NCBI RefSeq assembly: GCF_001194135.2 | Contig: NC_068983.1 | Span: 10,943,187 to 11,007,186 of the forward strand | Direction of reading: 5' to 3' | Source of the DNA: Octopus bimaculoides | Taxonomy: Eukaryota | DNA length: 64,000 nucleotides | Part shown: piece by piece, positions 26,002 through 39,427 of the stretch | Layout of the letters: each line of letters begins with the position of its first letter | Numbering within the stretch: position 1 is the first letter of the stretch | Program-made: the position numbers and the translations under genes | The notes under the pieces: generated by a model | What the model was told of the DNA's origin: nothing | The model's database searches: none | Seen by the model: only the letters and a program-made list of their open reading frames with translations

Positions 26002-26707
26002 NNNNNNNNNNNNNNNNNNNNNNNNNNNNNNNNNNNNNNNNNNNNNNNNNNNNNNNNNNNNNNNNNNNNNNNNNNNNNNNNNNNNNNNNNNNNNNNNNNN
26101 NNNNNNNNNNNNNNNNNNNNNNNNNNNNNNNNNNNNNNNNNNNNNNNNNNNNNNNNNNNNNNNNNNNNNNNNNNNNNNNNNNNNNNNNNNNNNNNNNNNN
26201 NNNNNNNNNNNNNNNNNNNNNNNNNNNNNNNNNNNNNNNNNNNNNNNNNNNNNNNNNNNNNNNNNNNNNNNNNNNNNNNNNNNNNNNNNNNNNNNNNNNN
26301 NNNNNNNNNNNNNNNNNNNNNNNNNNNNNNNNNNNNNNNNNNNNNNNNNNNNNNNNNNNNNNNNNNNNNNNNNNNNNNNNNNNNNNNNNNNNNNNNNNNN
26401 NNNNNNNNNNNNNNNNNNNNNNNNNNNNNNNNNNNNNNNNNNNNNNNNNNNNNNNNNNNNNNNNNNNNNNNNNNNNNNNNNNNNNNNNNNNNNNNNNNNN
26501 NNNNNNNNNNNNNNNNNNNNNNNNNNNNNNNNNNNNNNNNNNNNNNNNNNNNNNNNNNNNNNNNNNNNNNNNNNNNNNNNNNNNNNNNNNNNNNNNNNNN
26601 NNNNNNNNNNNNNNNNNNNNNNNNNNNNNNNNNNNNNNNNNNNNNNNNNNNNNNNNNNNNNNNNNNNNNNNNNNNNNNNNNNNNNNNNNNNNNNNNNNNN
26701 NNNNNNN

Positions 26708-26776
<69 letters not shown>
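26708..26776. repeat. (TG)n microsatellite at gap edge
   Basis: About 34 perfect TG units; many shorter TA/TG/CAT/AAT microsatellites elsewhere. Confidence 0.95.
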
Positions 26777-26779
<3 letters not shown>

Positions 26780-27499
26780 CCCAGTGAAGTTAAAAGAAGA
26801 GATATCAGCCATTGACGTAATGGTTAATTATTCTGTGTGTGTATGTGTGTGTGTGATATCACTTTTGCCTAAAATTAGTTCCAGTATATTTTACTAATTC
26901 TATCTGTTTTCTCTGATTTCTTATCAAAGACCGACATTATTTTCTCAGTCTCTCTGGTTGTGTTTCTTATCAGTTTGGGATATAAATATGTAATATTAGA
27001 AACTACAAATCAACAATTTAAAATACTAATATATCAGTTGTAGATCAGTATAAAAATGGGTGGAAAATTAATACAGAATTGTCGCTATTATTATAATTTT
27101 TTTTCTTTCTATTTTTGTCTTGATGGTATGAATTGGATGAGTTTGTAATGACATATTTCCATTCATTTCACAATTTGCTATCTTATCTGTGAAGCATCAC
27201 GTTTGACGTAACAATTTCTAGTCTTCTTATAGTCATTTGTTTTTTTTTAACTACTGTTATATGATGCCTTGTTATGAGATGGCTGAGTGGAAAACTATTG
27301 GACTCCCAGATCGAGTCTTGAGTTCAAATCCCATATGTATTTCACTACTTCCAGCAGACCCCTGTATACAATCTTATTTCAGTACTTAGCTTTTGGCAAT
27401 AGGTACCAGATTATCTGGAAATACTCTTATAGACTGGGATCCTGTCCTCTAGAGGTTTGATTCATATCTACCTAATTACATGAAACCAGAGTAAAATAC

Positions 27500-28276
27500 C
27501 AGTCATTGAAATCTGCAGGCAGCCTGCTTTTTTTATGTGATTCACTGCTGGCCCCTGGTCCCTCAAGAAATTTGGTGATAGCATTGTTGTTGCTTTCAAC
27601 ATTAGCAAAGCTTTCAACTCTGTTTGACCCTGCAAGAATCACCTACAAAACATACCCACCCATGGGGGAGGTGTCTATCTATCACTTGTGTCTCTAATAA
27701 GGAGCTTCATGTCAGATTACACTTTCACACCTTGTACTGATGGAGCTGTCTCTAGTCTGCATTATTAACTCAGGTATATCACTGCATTCAGTTTTGTTCT
27801 CGCGCTCTTTCTCTTACGCAACAACCTCCTTGCCATCATCTCCAACAATATTTACTCCTTTGCAGATGATACCATATTTCATTCTTGCCTCACTTTCTGC
27901 ATGCAAGTATTATCTACATGCAACCTATGCACCTCATGTCAAACCTGTACTGGCTCCATGAGCAGAGATTTCAAAAGCGTCTTCCAATGTAGTTACGCCA
28001 ATTTTGTATCCCTCAATAGTTAACAATTATAATCATTATATATATCAAGAAAATAATATATCATTCCTAAAACACAGTCAGCATGCACCTAGAACACTCG
28101 CTGTAAATGCTTGGGCTTGCTTCTACAGAGAATCTCTCCTAGTGATTGCATATCTTCATCAGAGCAAAGACTGGACCTCAAAGATTGGCCTTTCTCTTCA
28201 GAGCCGGCAAATTCTTTATTCCCCAACAACTACTAACTCCCCACAAAGCTCAAGTGAAATCCACAAGGGGGTCATA

Positions 28277-28325
<49 letters not shown>

Positions 28326-28690
28326 ACCACATCTGAAGAAAGTCTGTTTAACCAATTGCTATGAAATTGCTCAAAGACACTCCAGACTCTGGTTCCGAGA
28401 TCTACTCTCTCCTTTGACTGCCTTTTCTACCTCAACTATAAAGGCTTCTGCTGCTCAGATCCAGTTGATCTCATGTCGCTCCTACTCAGGTATCCTTGTC
28501 TCACTCATCACCCATTTCTTGTGTCCAATCCCCAGAAACTGCATTAACTGTTATGCTAAATTCTTACTCCCCCAGGACATTGGCTTTTGTAATTCCCTCT
28601 CTATTCATGCTTTTCCTTCAGCTGTCAACTTGCTTCACTTCTTATGGAACATAAATAGCATCAATTTCACATGTCACAAAAGGCCTGCAA
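27500..28690 (+). mobile_element. Degenerate jockey/CR1-group LINE reverse transcriptase remnant
   Basis: Interrupted translation GDSIVVAFNISKAFNSV* (compare ..VALDISKAFD.VW), INSG.., NNIYSFADDTIFHS, and C-terminal NSLSIHAFPSAVNL. Confidence 0.8.
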
Positions 28691-30957
28691 CAGCCACACT
28701 CTCAGACCAAACTTACAAAAAGACAAAAAAAAGAAGAATATTTTTAAATAATACTTAACCCTCCTATGCTAGCATTTTTTTTCCCATGTTTCTTTATTTG
28801 TGAAGTGAATTAAGTCATCAACAAACAAAAGAATTTGCATGTATAAGTAAATCAACAACACAATTTTAGCATTTTTATTTATTAATCTTTCCTTGATGGC
28901 ATCAGTCAGACAGGTTTTCTGTACAGCATATATTGTCAGTTGTTTAACTGTGTCGTCTCACCTGTGAGGCCTTGCATCCTCTTATCTGATCTCACCTCTT
29001 CTTTCCATATATCTATTACAGATACAAAAAAAAACAAACACTATCTGCGTCTCTTCCTTTTAATACTAATGAACAGTTTTTGTCAATATAGCAATTGGAA
29101 AACTGTGTACTGTGATTTTTCAATGTATGTAAAGAAATCATTTTAACTGTAGATATAACTTTTAAGATGTTTCCATTCCTCTTAACCATTATATATTATT
29201 ATAATTTCTTGAGATATCAGCTTACCTTAGTTTGCTAAGATTTGACGTGTGTAAAATTTCTTTGACATTCAAGATTTTTTCTTTTTCTGTCTTAATGAGT
29301 TTTTCATGTTTCTGTCCTTGAACTCATACTCAGGTACATTCAGAAACATTGTTCGAATTAATGTTATATGAATGCATAATTGCAGGCATGACAGTGTGAG
29401 CTTACTTCCCAACTATGTGGTCTTGGATTCAGTTCCACTGCACTGCACCTTGGGCAAGTGTCTTCTACTATAACCTCAGACTGACCAAAGCCTTGTGAGA
29501 GGATTTGATTGATGGAAACTGAAAGAAACCCATCGTATGTATGTATGTATTTTTTATGTGCCCTTGTCTAGACAGTTGTAAATGAGCAACATTGTCATAT
29601 AAGTGAGTTTGTTCATTTCCAGTCTTCTGTGAAATATATTTGGCCTTAGTTGGAAACAGGTGAGAGTTGATGACAAGAAGGGCATCCAGCCATAGAAAAT
29701 CTTCCTCAGTAAAATTCCATCCATCCATCCATCCATCCATCTTATGAAGCATGGAACAGTGGGTGTTAAAGCATTGATGTACACTCTTGCACCGGTTTCA
29801 GTCATTGGACTGTTACTTTGTTGTGGCACTGCAAATATTTGACTATCCATCCGGTTTTGCAATTACTCTGGTGACAAAACACAATGTTCAACATAGAAAG
29901 AAACAAGAAGAAAGGTACAGGTGAGAAAAGTGAAATACCCTGCTATACAAACATCAAAATAAACAGAAATTTGACAAAAATGGAGGAAACAATTACAAAA
30001 TGATGAAAGTGACTATAGAATTTGTTTAGATACAAGAAACAAATTGAAAAAAATATTTTTCATGAAAATACTTCAAAATCCATGATAATTAAAGGATAAG
30101 GAAGAAATATAACAGTTTGTAGGAAAGTTTAAATTCAGCCAGATCAGGTATGCAAGTTTAATTTTGTTATATTTTCTGGGGTTGATAACCAACGAAGACT
30201 TAGAAATGGCAGCAGATTTGTAATATTTTAATCAGAATGAGATTTATGTGTGCAGCAACTATTAATGGTAGAAATATAAAAATAGATAAGCAAGGAAAGA
30301 ATAAGATGTGGGGAAAAGACAAGTAAAACAGCATGCAAAATGAACTCCAAAACTTGTTGAACTCTTGACTTGAATAAAAGAAAAAATATTGATTACAAAT
30401 TATGGCACAAGGCCAACAATTTTGGGAGAGAGGATAAGCCAATTACATCAACCCCAGAGTTCAACTGGTATTTATTTTGTTGAACCCAAACAGATAAAAG
30501 GCAAAGTCAACCTCAACAGAATTTGAACTCAGGACGTAAAGCCGGGAGGATGAAAGAAAAAAATGTTAAAACTATATTTGTATCGGCAAGCATTCTTTGT
30601 GCTAAAACAACTACTGGAATTCAGAGTCTTGATATTGCCAAGATGCTTTTGTCACTTGGCTCTAAGTCACCTACAGATGTTATCCTTTTGACTAGCATTC
30701 ATGCTTTAACCAACTTATCTTCTTCCTGAGCATTGTATATCTAGGACATTTCCTAATGTCTACCTCTTTTTTTTTCTTTTCTTCTCTTTCGTGGTATGTA
30801 ATTTGAAGGAGATTTGGTTGTTAGTGTTAGCAGGTTGAGCGACTTTGTACAGACAGCTTTGTACAAAGTGGATTCTTGTGAAATGAATTAATTTTTCTTT
30901 TCTTTTTAAGTAACCACTTCCAACATTATTTTTAGTTTTAAGAAAATCATTAACAAT

Positions 30958-31270
30958 CATCATCATCATTTAACGTCTGCTTTCCATGCTAGCATGGGTT
31001 GGATGATTTGACTGAAGACTGGCGAACCAGATGGCTGCACCAGGCTCCAATTTGATCTGGCAGAGTTTCTACAGCTGGGTGCCCTTCCTAACGCCAACCA
31101 CTCCGAGAGTGTAGTGATTGCGTTTACGTGCCACTGGCACGATGGCCAGTCATGCGGTGCTGGCAACAGCTACACTCAAAATGGTCTTTTTTATGTGCCA
31201 CCTGCACAGGAGCCAGTCCAGTGGCACTGGCAACGACCTCGCTCAAATGATTTTCTAACGTGCCACCAGC
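30958..31270 (-). mobile_element. Family D element
   Basis: Matches 20937-21262. Confidence 0.85.
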
Positions 31271-32096
31271 ACGAAAGAACAAAATCATAAATTTTCGGTG
31301 AATCTGTGTTATTCGTGTTGTATAATACAAACGCAATCTATGAAAATGTTTTTTTTAAAAAAAACTCAAAATTTTGTGAGACTGATACTAAACCGTTTGA
31401 ATTTTAAAAGTTTATCTATTGCATGACTGCTGATTCCACACTGATTAAATGCAGCTAGTTATGTAAGTCAAATCTATATTGTTTTGCTATTTTGCAGTGG
31501 TTCTCATGAAATTAAAACAAATTTTTTAAAATGATCTGTTGTGAATAAGACTAGTTACATCTAGTGAAAATATTTTTATCCCATTTGCCTTTCAGCAAAT
31601 CATGAGTTTAAAGGGTGCAAGGAGAAGCTGCCCAATGCACTTACACCAAATATTTCAATATTTGTAGGGATATGAAATGAAGCAGGAGCAATACAAGGAT
31701 TTCATAGTGATCTTTTCACCATGTTAATTATCAACAGGTTTTATCATTATTTTTAAGCAACACCTGAATTATATTTTTTGTGAATATTAATGAAATTTCT
31801 AATAGATTACTCATTCTATGCACCAGTCTGACTTCACCTTGCTTTTGTGTATGAGTTTGTGTATATGCATGCATGTGTGTACATGTGTTCTATTCCTGAA
31901 ATTTAAGTTTTTTTTCTCTCTATAGAAAACAAGCTAGTTGCTAAGAAAGTGATAAGACTTTCTTTTCCGAGTGAAGGCAGTTTGAGGCATGTGAATGTAT
32001 ATTTATTGCATGTGTGTGATAGGTCTCCATGGTGTATAAATTTGTATTCATGTTTGTGTGTTTGTATGCTTGCAGTAGATGAATATCTTTTACATT

Positions 32097-32475
32097 TTGT
32101 TTGTTTCAGTCATTAGACTGTGGCCATGCTGGGGCACCACCTTGAAGAATTTTTAGTGGAATAAATCAATGCTAATACTTTTTTTTTTTTTTCCCCAAGC
32201 CTGGTACTTATTTTATCAATCTCTTTTGCTGAACCACTAAATTACAAGGACTTAAACACACCAACACCTGTTGTCAAGTTGTGGTGGGACAAACACAGAC
32301 ACAAAGACACACACATGTAAATATATATACAATGGGCTTCTTTCAGTTTCCATCGACCAAATCCACTCACAAGGTTTTGGTTGGCCTAAGGCTATAGTAG
32401 AAGACACTTGCCTAAGATGTCATGCAGTAAGACTCTGCCTGGGACCATGGGATCTAACACAACCACACCTGCACC
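32097..32475 (-). mobile_element. Family A SINE
   Basis: Reverse-complement tail and head. Confidence 0.8.
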
Positions 32476-32545
32476 TATGTATATATAATAAAATGGTTGG
32501 TGTATGTTAGTGGTAGAGTTGCTAAGGGGATTCAATTGAAGCCCT

Positions 32546-32580
<35 letters not shown>

Positions 32581-32998
32581 CTTCACCAGCTGGTGAAATA
32601 TTTTAACTGATTCTTGTCTTATGAGTTCAAAGTTTTAAATTCCAATGTGTAAGTTTTTATTGCATCCTTTACAGAAGCATGCAGTTGTGCTTGTCTCTCT
32701 TCCAATATGGTTGGTGTAAAACATTGTTCTTTACTTTATATTTTGTCATATCAGACTAAGCCTTTTGTTCTATATTTCTGTCGAAATACACTGCTTTTGT
32801 TTCAATTAATTTTGAAAATAATGAAGGTTTTAGTAAAAGTAACTTTGTCATTATTAAGCTGGTGTTTGGAACTTAAATTAACATACAATTTTGATGAAAG
32901 TTTTTAATTTAGATCACTTAAAAACAGGCAGTTTGTATCATGAAATTAGGAGCACCAGGTTGGGTATCAGAAAAGTGATTTGTGTAAAAATTTCCTCG

Positions 32999-33242
32999 TT
33001 AACCCTTTAGCATTCAACTTACTCTGTCAAATGTAATGCTTATTTATTTGCATTAATTTGAATTAATCATGCATTACCTTGTAGCTTTGAGATTTTGATT
33101 ATGTGATTGTATAATTTTAGAATGATACTGTAAAATAGGTGTGAGAGACTAGATCTAACTGGTTTGAACAGAATATTAAAACAGAATATATAAAACAGAA
33201 TATTTGAGTTGGATGTGGCCGGTTTAAATGCTAAATGGTTAA
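32999..33242 (+). mobile_element. piggyBac-like MITE, best-preserved copy
   Basis: TTAAccctttagcatt ... aatgctaaatggTTAA: TTAA at both ends with an inverted terminal repeat. Confidence 0.8.
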
Positions 33243-34237
33243 GGATTTCAGTGTAAGAATAGTGCATAAATGAAGATTTATGCACTATTTCAATAATTTT
33301 GACCCTAAATAGGATCCTTTTCAGAAGGTATTATTAGAGTAGAGTTCTTGGAGGAAAAACAAATTCAAAGTGACAAGTTCAGATAGAAACATACTGTAGC
33401 TAATAGCACAAAATATTATTGATCCCTGCTCCTTTTCTAAGCAGCTCCTTTCAAAAATATAAACTTCTAAAATAAAAGAAAAAAGAAAACACATTCAAAT
33501 GAAATGTATGTTGGGATACAAAAATATATGAAAGGAAAAGAGTAAACCTGGTTATATTTACCCAATGTTGTTTTAGGTTTTATGTTATGTTGTATTTTCT
33601 GTTCACACTCTAAATTGTTGAGGTTTGTGGAGGAGACAAGTCAGGTGTTGTTTTATCTCTCTTCTTGAAGAAGGTTCTTTTCATTTATTTTAATATCTAT
33701 AATTATCAGTTTTAAAATTCCACTGCATTATTGGCAAGTGCTTTTTGTGTGACATTCTGGCCCTCCATTTCAGTATTATTATCTGCCCGATTGTATTTTT
33801 ACTTGCCCAACAAGTCATACTAAATTATGTCATAGCTTTGGATTAATAATAGCAAATAGTTATTATAGTAATAGAAAAGAGGTGGTAAAAAGAGTTTAAA
33901 AAAAAAATAAAACTCGGGAAAGTGGGTGTAAGACTCTAAGGTCAAGACTTATTGTCACTTTCAAAATGTCTTAATTTTTATATTTTTAATGATAACCATT
34001 ACTATAAATGAATTCTTGTTGGCTTTTTGCTTTAGGTTATGTTCTACTTTAGCTCTTAGTTTTGTTGTTGATTCTTCTCTTTAATACTACTATTAAAAAT
34101 AGTGAAATACTTCAGCCTTTCATGACTAACTTTAGCTGATAACATCTGCTTTAAGTATTGTACCCATTGTCTTTTTTATTATTATTATTATCATTTTTAT
34201 TTTTATTATTATTATTATTATTGTTATTGTTATTATT

Positions 34238-35689
34238 TTTAAGGTGGTGAGCTGGTAAAATTTTTAGCACGCCAGGCGAAATGCTTTGCAGTATTTCGTC
34301 TGCCACTACGTTCTGAGTTCAAATTCCACCGAGGTCAACTTTGTCTTTTCATCCTTTCAGCGGGGGGTCGATTAAATAAGTACCAGTTGAACACTGGGGT
34401 CGATATAATTCACTTAATCCCTACCCCAAATTTGAGGCCTTGTGCTTCCAGTAGAAAGAATTATTATTATCATTATGAACGTCGCATAGTATACAATATC
34501 GTGAGGTTGTTGATTGAAGATATTGTGTCTACCGGGGTTTTGTACTGTTTGTCAAGTCACAACAAGGACCTCAGACAGACAGTACTTTATGCAATATGCG
34601 TGCAGTTTCAAGCAATGCCAACTTTTGCAATACATCTAGATTGTAGGATATCTCTAAAGTTTTCAGATTCAGCAATATTATTATTATTATCATCATCATC
34701 ATCATTACTCTTTATTCTTTTACTCTTTTCAGTCATTTGACTGTGGCCATGCTGGAGCACCGCCTTTAGTCGCGCAAATCGACCCCAGGACTTATTCTTT
34801 GTAAGCCTAGTACTTATTTTATCAGTCCCTTTTGCCGAACTGCTAAGTTACGGGGGACGTAAACACACCACCATCGGTTGTCAAGCGATGGTGGGGGGAC
34901 AAACACAGACACACAAACATACACACACACACATGCATATATATATATATACATATATACGACGGGCTTCTTTCCGTTTCCGTCTACCAAATCCACTCAC
35001 AAGGCTTTGGTCGGCCCGAGGTTATAGTAGAAGACACTTGCCTAAGGTGCTACACAGTGGGACTGAACCTGGAACCATGTGGTTCGTAAGCAAGCTACTT
35101 ACCACACAGCCATTATTATTATTTTTGTTAAAGCAGCGAGTTGGTAGAATCATTAGTACACTGGGCAAAATGCTTAGCGGCACTTCATCTATGTTTATGT
35201 TCTGAGGTTGACTGTATCTTTCATCCTTTTGGGGGTCAGTAAAATAACACTGGGGTCAGTGTAATCAACTAGACCCCTCCAACTAAGTTTCAGGCTTTGT
35301 GCTTATTGTAGAAAGGATTGGCAACAAGCTGGTAGAATCATTAGTGCACCAGAGAAAATGCTTGGTAGTAGTTTGGCCAGCTTTTATGGTCTGAGTTCAA
35401 ATGTCATCGAGGTTGACTTTACCTTCCATCCTTTTGGGTCAATGAAACATGTGCCAGTCAAATATTGAGGTTGATGTAATCGACAATACCCCTCCCACAA
35501 AATTCCAAGCCTTGTGCCTATAACAGAAAAGATTATTATTATTATTATTATTACTATTGCCGAGGTTGACTTTGCTTTTCATCCTTTTAGGGTTGATAAA
35601 ATAAGTACCAGTTGAACACTGGGGTTGATGTAATTGACTCATCCCCTTCCTCAAAACTGTTACCCTTGTGGCAAAATTTGAAACTTTTA

Positions 35690-35695
<6 letters not shown>
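34238..35695 (+). mobile_element. Cluster of about 4 family C SINE copies on plus strand, with a family A copy inside
   Basis: Units at about 34238-34455, 35130-35320, 35322-35540 and 35555-35695, several ending in (ATT)n. Confidence 0.8.
34720..35112 (-). mobile_element. Family A SINE, near-intact copy
   Basis: Full reverse-complement copy with CpGs retained. Confidence 0.9.
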
Positions 35696-35727
<32 letters not shown>

Positions 35728-36436
35728 TCTTGATTTAATGCTTGTACATCATATGTGTGATTTAGGGTTTCCCTTATAGCCTAAAGGTAGGGTGTTTTTA
35801 AGGCACTGAGAATTGAAAGGGAAAAGGATAACTGAAAACAAAGCAAACATGTCAGTTTAATCCTGTAATCACAGCTCTTTGTTTGATTCAACGACTGATC
35901 AGCCAGAAAATAAAATTTTACTGTAATCAGCAATTATTTAGTGACGTATCACCATATGTAGACTTTGTTTCATGAGTCAGAGCAATGCAGGGTCTCAGCT
36001 ATTAGTTTTAAAGAGAATAGGAATCACGTATGTCCTTTTAGCAAGGTTCTAAGCCTATAGAAAACCTGTGGTGTTTAAGAGAAGAAAAATTTCCTTAAGA
36101 AACAAAATAAGTTAGGTACTGGGCTACTAACAACATGGCTTTATTCACCATTAATATTTCACTGCCTTGTATCGTCATACATCTCTCTCATATTGGTTTT
36201 AAGCTTTGATTTTACGTAGACCATATTAAAACATGTCTTCCATATATAAAATGTTTTAAACTTTAGCTTTGGTTATCATACTTTAATAAACTCAGATTTG
36301 CCATAGCATAAAAAAAAGCAAATTTGTATTCAAAGAAAAGTTGCTTGTATAATTTGTAAATGGTATTTTCAAAGATAGACTTCAATTTTTGAAGTTGTCA
36401 CTTTTACATTTCTTATAACATCTACTAGGCCTCTTT

Positions 36437-37890
36437 CTTATTTCTTTATTGCCTACGAGGGGCTAAACATAGAGGGGACAAACAAGGACAGACAAACGGA
36501 TTAAATCAATTACATCGACCCCAGTGCATAACTGGTACTTTATTTATCGACCCCGAAAGGATGAAAGGCAAAGTCGACCTCAGTGGAATTTGAACTCAGA
36601 AGGTAGTGGCAGACGAAATACCGCTAAGCATTTCACCCGGTGTGCTAACGTTTCTTATTTCTTTATTACCCACAAGGGGCTAAACATAGAGGGGACAAAC
36701 AAGGGCAGACAAAGGGATTAAGTTGATTACATCGACCCCAGTGCATAACTGGTACTTAATTTATCGACCCCGAAAGGGATGAAAAGCAAAATCGTCCTCG
36801 GCAGAATTTGAACTCAGAACGTAAAGGCAGATGAAAAGTAAAAACAATATTCTTTTCTTTTCTAGGCACAAGGCCCAAAATTTTTGGGAAGGGGAGCAAC
36901 CGATTAGATAGGCCCTAGTACAAAACTGGTACTTAATTCATCGACTCCGAAAGGATGAAAGGCAAAGTTGACCTCGGTGGAATTTGAACTCAGAAGGTAA
37001 CGGCAGACGAAATACCGCTGAGCATTTTGCCCAGCGTTCTAATGTTTCTGCCAGCTCGCCACCTCTTTCTACCACACACTAACCTTCAATAATTCATACT
37101 ATCCAATTAATAATAGTTCTTTTCTCCTATAGGCTTGAGACCTAAAATTTTGACGGGGGAAAAGCTTAACTGGTACTTATTTTATCAACCCTGAAAGGAT
37201 GATTTTCATCAAATTGGAATCTGAACTCAAAACATAAAAAGCAGAAGAAATGCCAATAAGCATTTTATCTGACATACTAACAATTTCGTCTTCTTGCCAA
37301 CTTAGATAATAATAATAATTCTTTCTACTATAGGCACAAAGCCTGAAATTTGGGGGTGGGGGCTAATCGGTTTTATCAACCCCAATACATGACTGGTACT
37401 TTTATCGACCCTGAAATGATAAAAGGGAAAGTTGACCTCAGCAAAATTTTAACTCAGAATGTAAAGATATATGAAATGCTGCTAACGATTTTGTCTGCTT
37501 GCCCCTCTTATAATAATAATAATAATAATAATCTTTTCTACAAAGGCACAAGGCTTGAAATTTGGGAGGAGGGGACTAGTTGATTACATCAACCTCAGTG
37601 TTTCACTGGTATGTAATTTATCGATCCTGAAAGAATGAAAGGCAAAATCAACCTCAGTGGAATTTGAACTTAGGACGTAGCAACAGGTGAAAAACTGTTA
37701 AGCATTTCATCCAACATGCTAACAATTCTGCCAGCTCTTCACCTTAATAATAATAATAATAATAATAATAATCCTTTCTACAATAGTTTCAAGGCCTGAA
37801 ATTTGTGGGGAGGGGTAAGTTGCTTATATCAATTCTGGTGTTTCACTGGTACTTATTTAATCAACCCCAAAAGGATGAAAGCATTTGGTA
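36437..37890 (-). mobile_element. Head-to-tail array of about 7 family C SINE copies
   Basis: Recurrent actggtactt..tttatcgaccc.gaaaggatgaaaggcaaagtcgacctc..ggaatttgaactcag units of about 200-220 bp, often separated by (AAT)n. Confidence 0.85.
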
Positions 37891-37961
37891 CATCTTTACG
37901 TTCTAACGTCATTTTCGTCACCTTAATGATGATGATGATGATGATGATCATGATCACCACC

Positions 37962-37978
<17 letters not shown>

Positions 37979-37995
<17 letters not shown>

Positions 37996-38399
37996 TCATC
38001 ATTTAACGTCCACTTTCCATGCTGGCATGGGCTGGACGATTTGACTGGGAACTAGCGAACCAGATGGCTGCACCAGACTCCAATCTGATCTGGCAGAGTT
38101 TCTACAGCTGGATGCCCTTCCTAACGCCAACCACTCCGAGAGTGTAGTGGGTGCTTTTACGTGCCACCGGTAAGAAGGCCAGTCTGGTGGTACTGGCAAC
38201 GGCCATGCTCAAATGGTGTTTTTTACTTGCCACCTGCACAGGAGTCAGTCCAATGTTTTGTTCACATGCCACCGGCACAAGTGCCAGTAAAGTGAAGCTG
38301 GAAACAATCGCGCTGAAATGGTGCTTTTTACATGCCACTGTCACGGAAGCGAGACGCTGCTCTGGCAGTGATCCCGCTCAGGTGGTGCTGTTAGTGCTC

Positions 38400-38400
<1 letters not shown>
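37979..38400 (-). mobile_element. Family D element (longer copy)
   Basis: Matches 20937 and 30958 copies; preceded by compound (GAT)(CAC)(CAT) microsatellite. Confidence 0.85.
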
Positions 38401-38435
<35 letters not shown>

Positions 38436-39327
38436 TGTTGCAAATTTTGGCACAAGGCCTGAAATTTTGGGATGAAAGGATGAAAGGCATGGTTGAATTT
38501 GAACACAGAACATTAAAATAAATGCTGTTAAGCATTTTTTTCTTGTGCTCTATTGATTATCCTGTGTGTCTTCTCTCTTCAAATGGGCTGTAATTTGAGG
38601 TGAATTTGGTTGCTATTTCTCATGTCATGCAGTCATGTAGTGTCTCCTTTATTGGCTAGACTTACTGTATTATTAAGAATTTGTTTGTTTTTTCTGATTA
38701 ACATAGAAAATTGTTCAATGCCACCAAAATAAACGATGCCTTTGGGAAATAAAAAGGCTAACTATTTAATTATTCTAATCACTAGTGCAATAATTAGTCA
38801 ATTACTAGACCTTCCCTAATTGTTGGGTGATAAACCCCACTGATTTTACAAGCTGAGAGATGTGAGTTAATGTGTCCATAACTTGCCATGCCAGTTAGAA
38901 GGGATTATCAGAAAAACAGACTATAAATAGAAATGGTTGGTGTAATCAGATATATGCATGACTGAGTAGTTTTTGAGTTCAATTCCTCTATGTGGCACCT
39001 TATGTGAGTGTCTTCTATTGTATCCTTGGATTGATAAATACATTGAGCAAATTTGGTTGACATACTACACTGAGGCCTGATGTGTGTGTGTGTGTGATGT
39101 TAAAAAAATCCAGTACCATTCTTTATCTTTCATTTGTTCCAATCAATGGACTGTGCCCATGTTGAGTCATTGCCTTGATGGGTTTAGTTGAACGAATCAT
39201 TCCCATTATTTATTTTTCAAAGTCTGGTACTTATTTTATTGGTGTCTTTTGCTGAACTGCTAAGTTACAGGGTTGTGAACAAACCAGCACTGGTTGCCAA
39301 GCAGTGGTGGTGGGGGAATAAACACAA

Positions 39328-39358
<31 letters not shown>

Positions 39359-39385
39359 CACATACAACAGGCTTANNNNNNNNNN

Positions 39386-39427
<42 letters not shown>

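Noticed and set aside
36437-37890. Repeat-spacer array resembling CRISPR
   Set aside because: Units are about 200-bp SINE copies with microsatellite tails; no short identical repeats with unique spacers and no cas genes.
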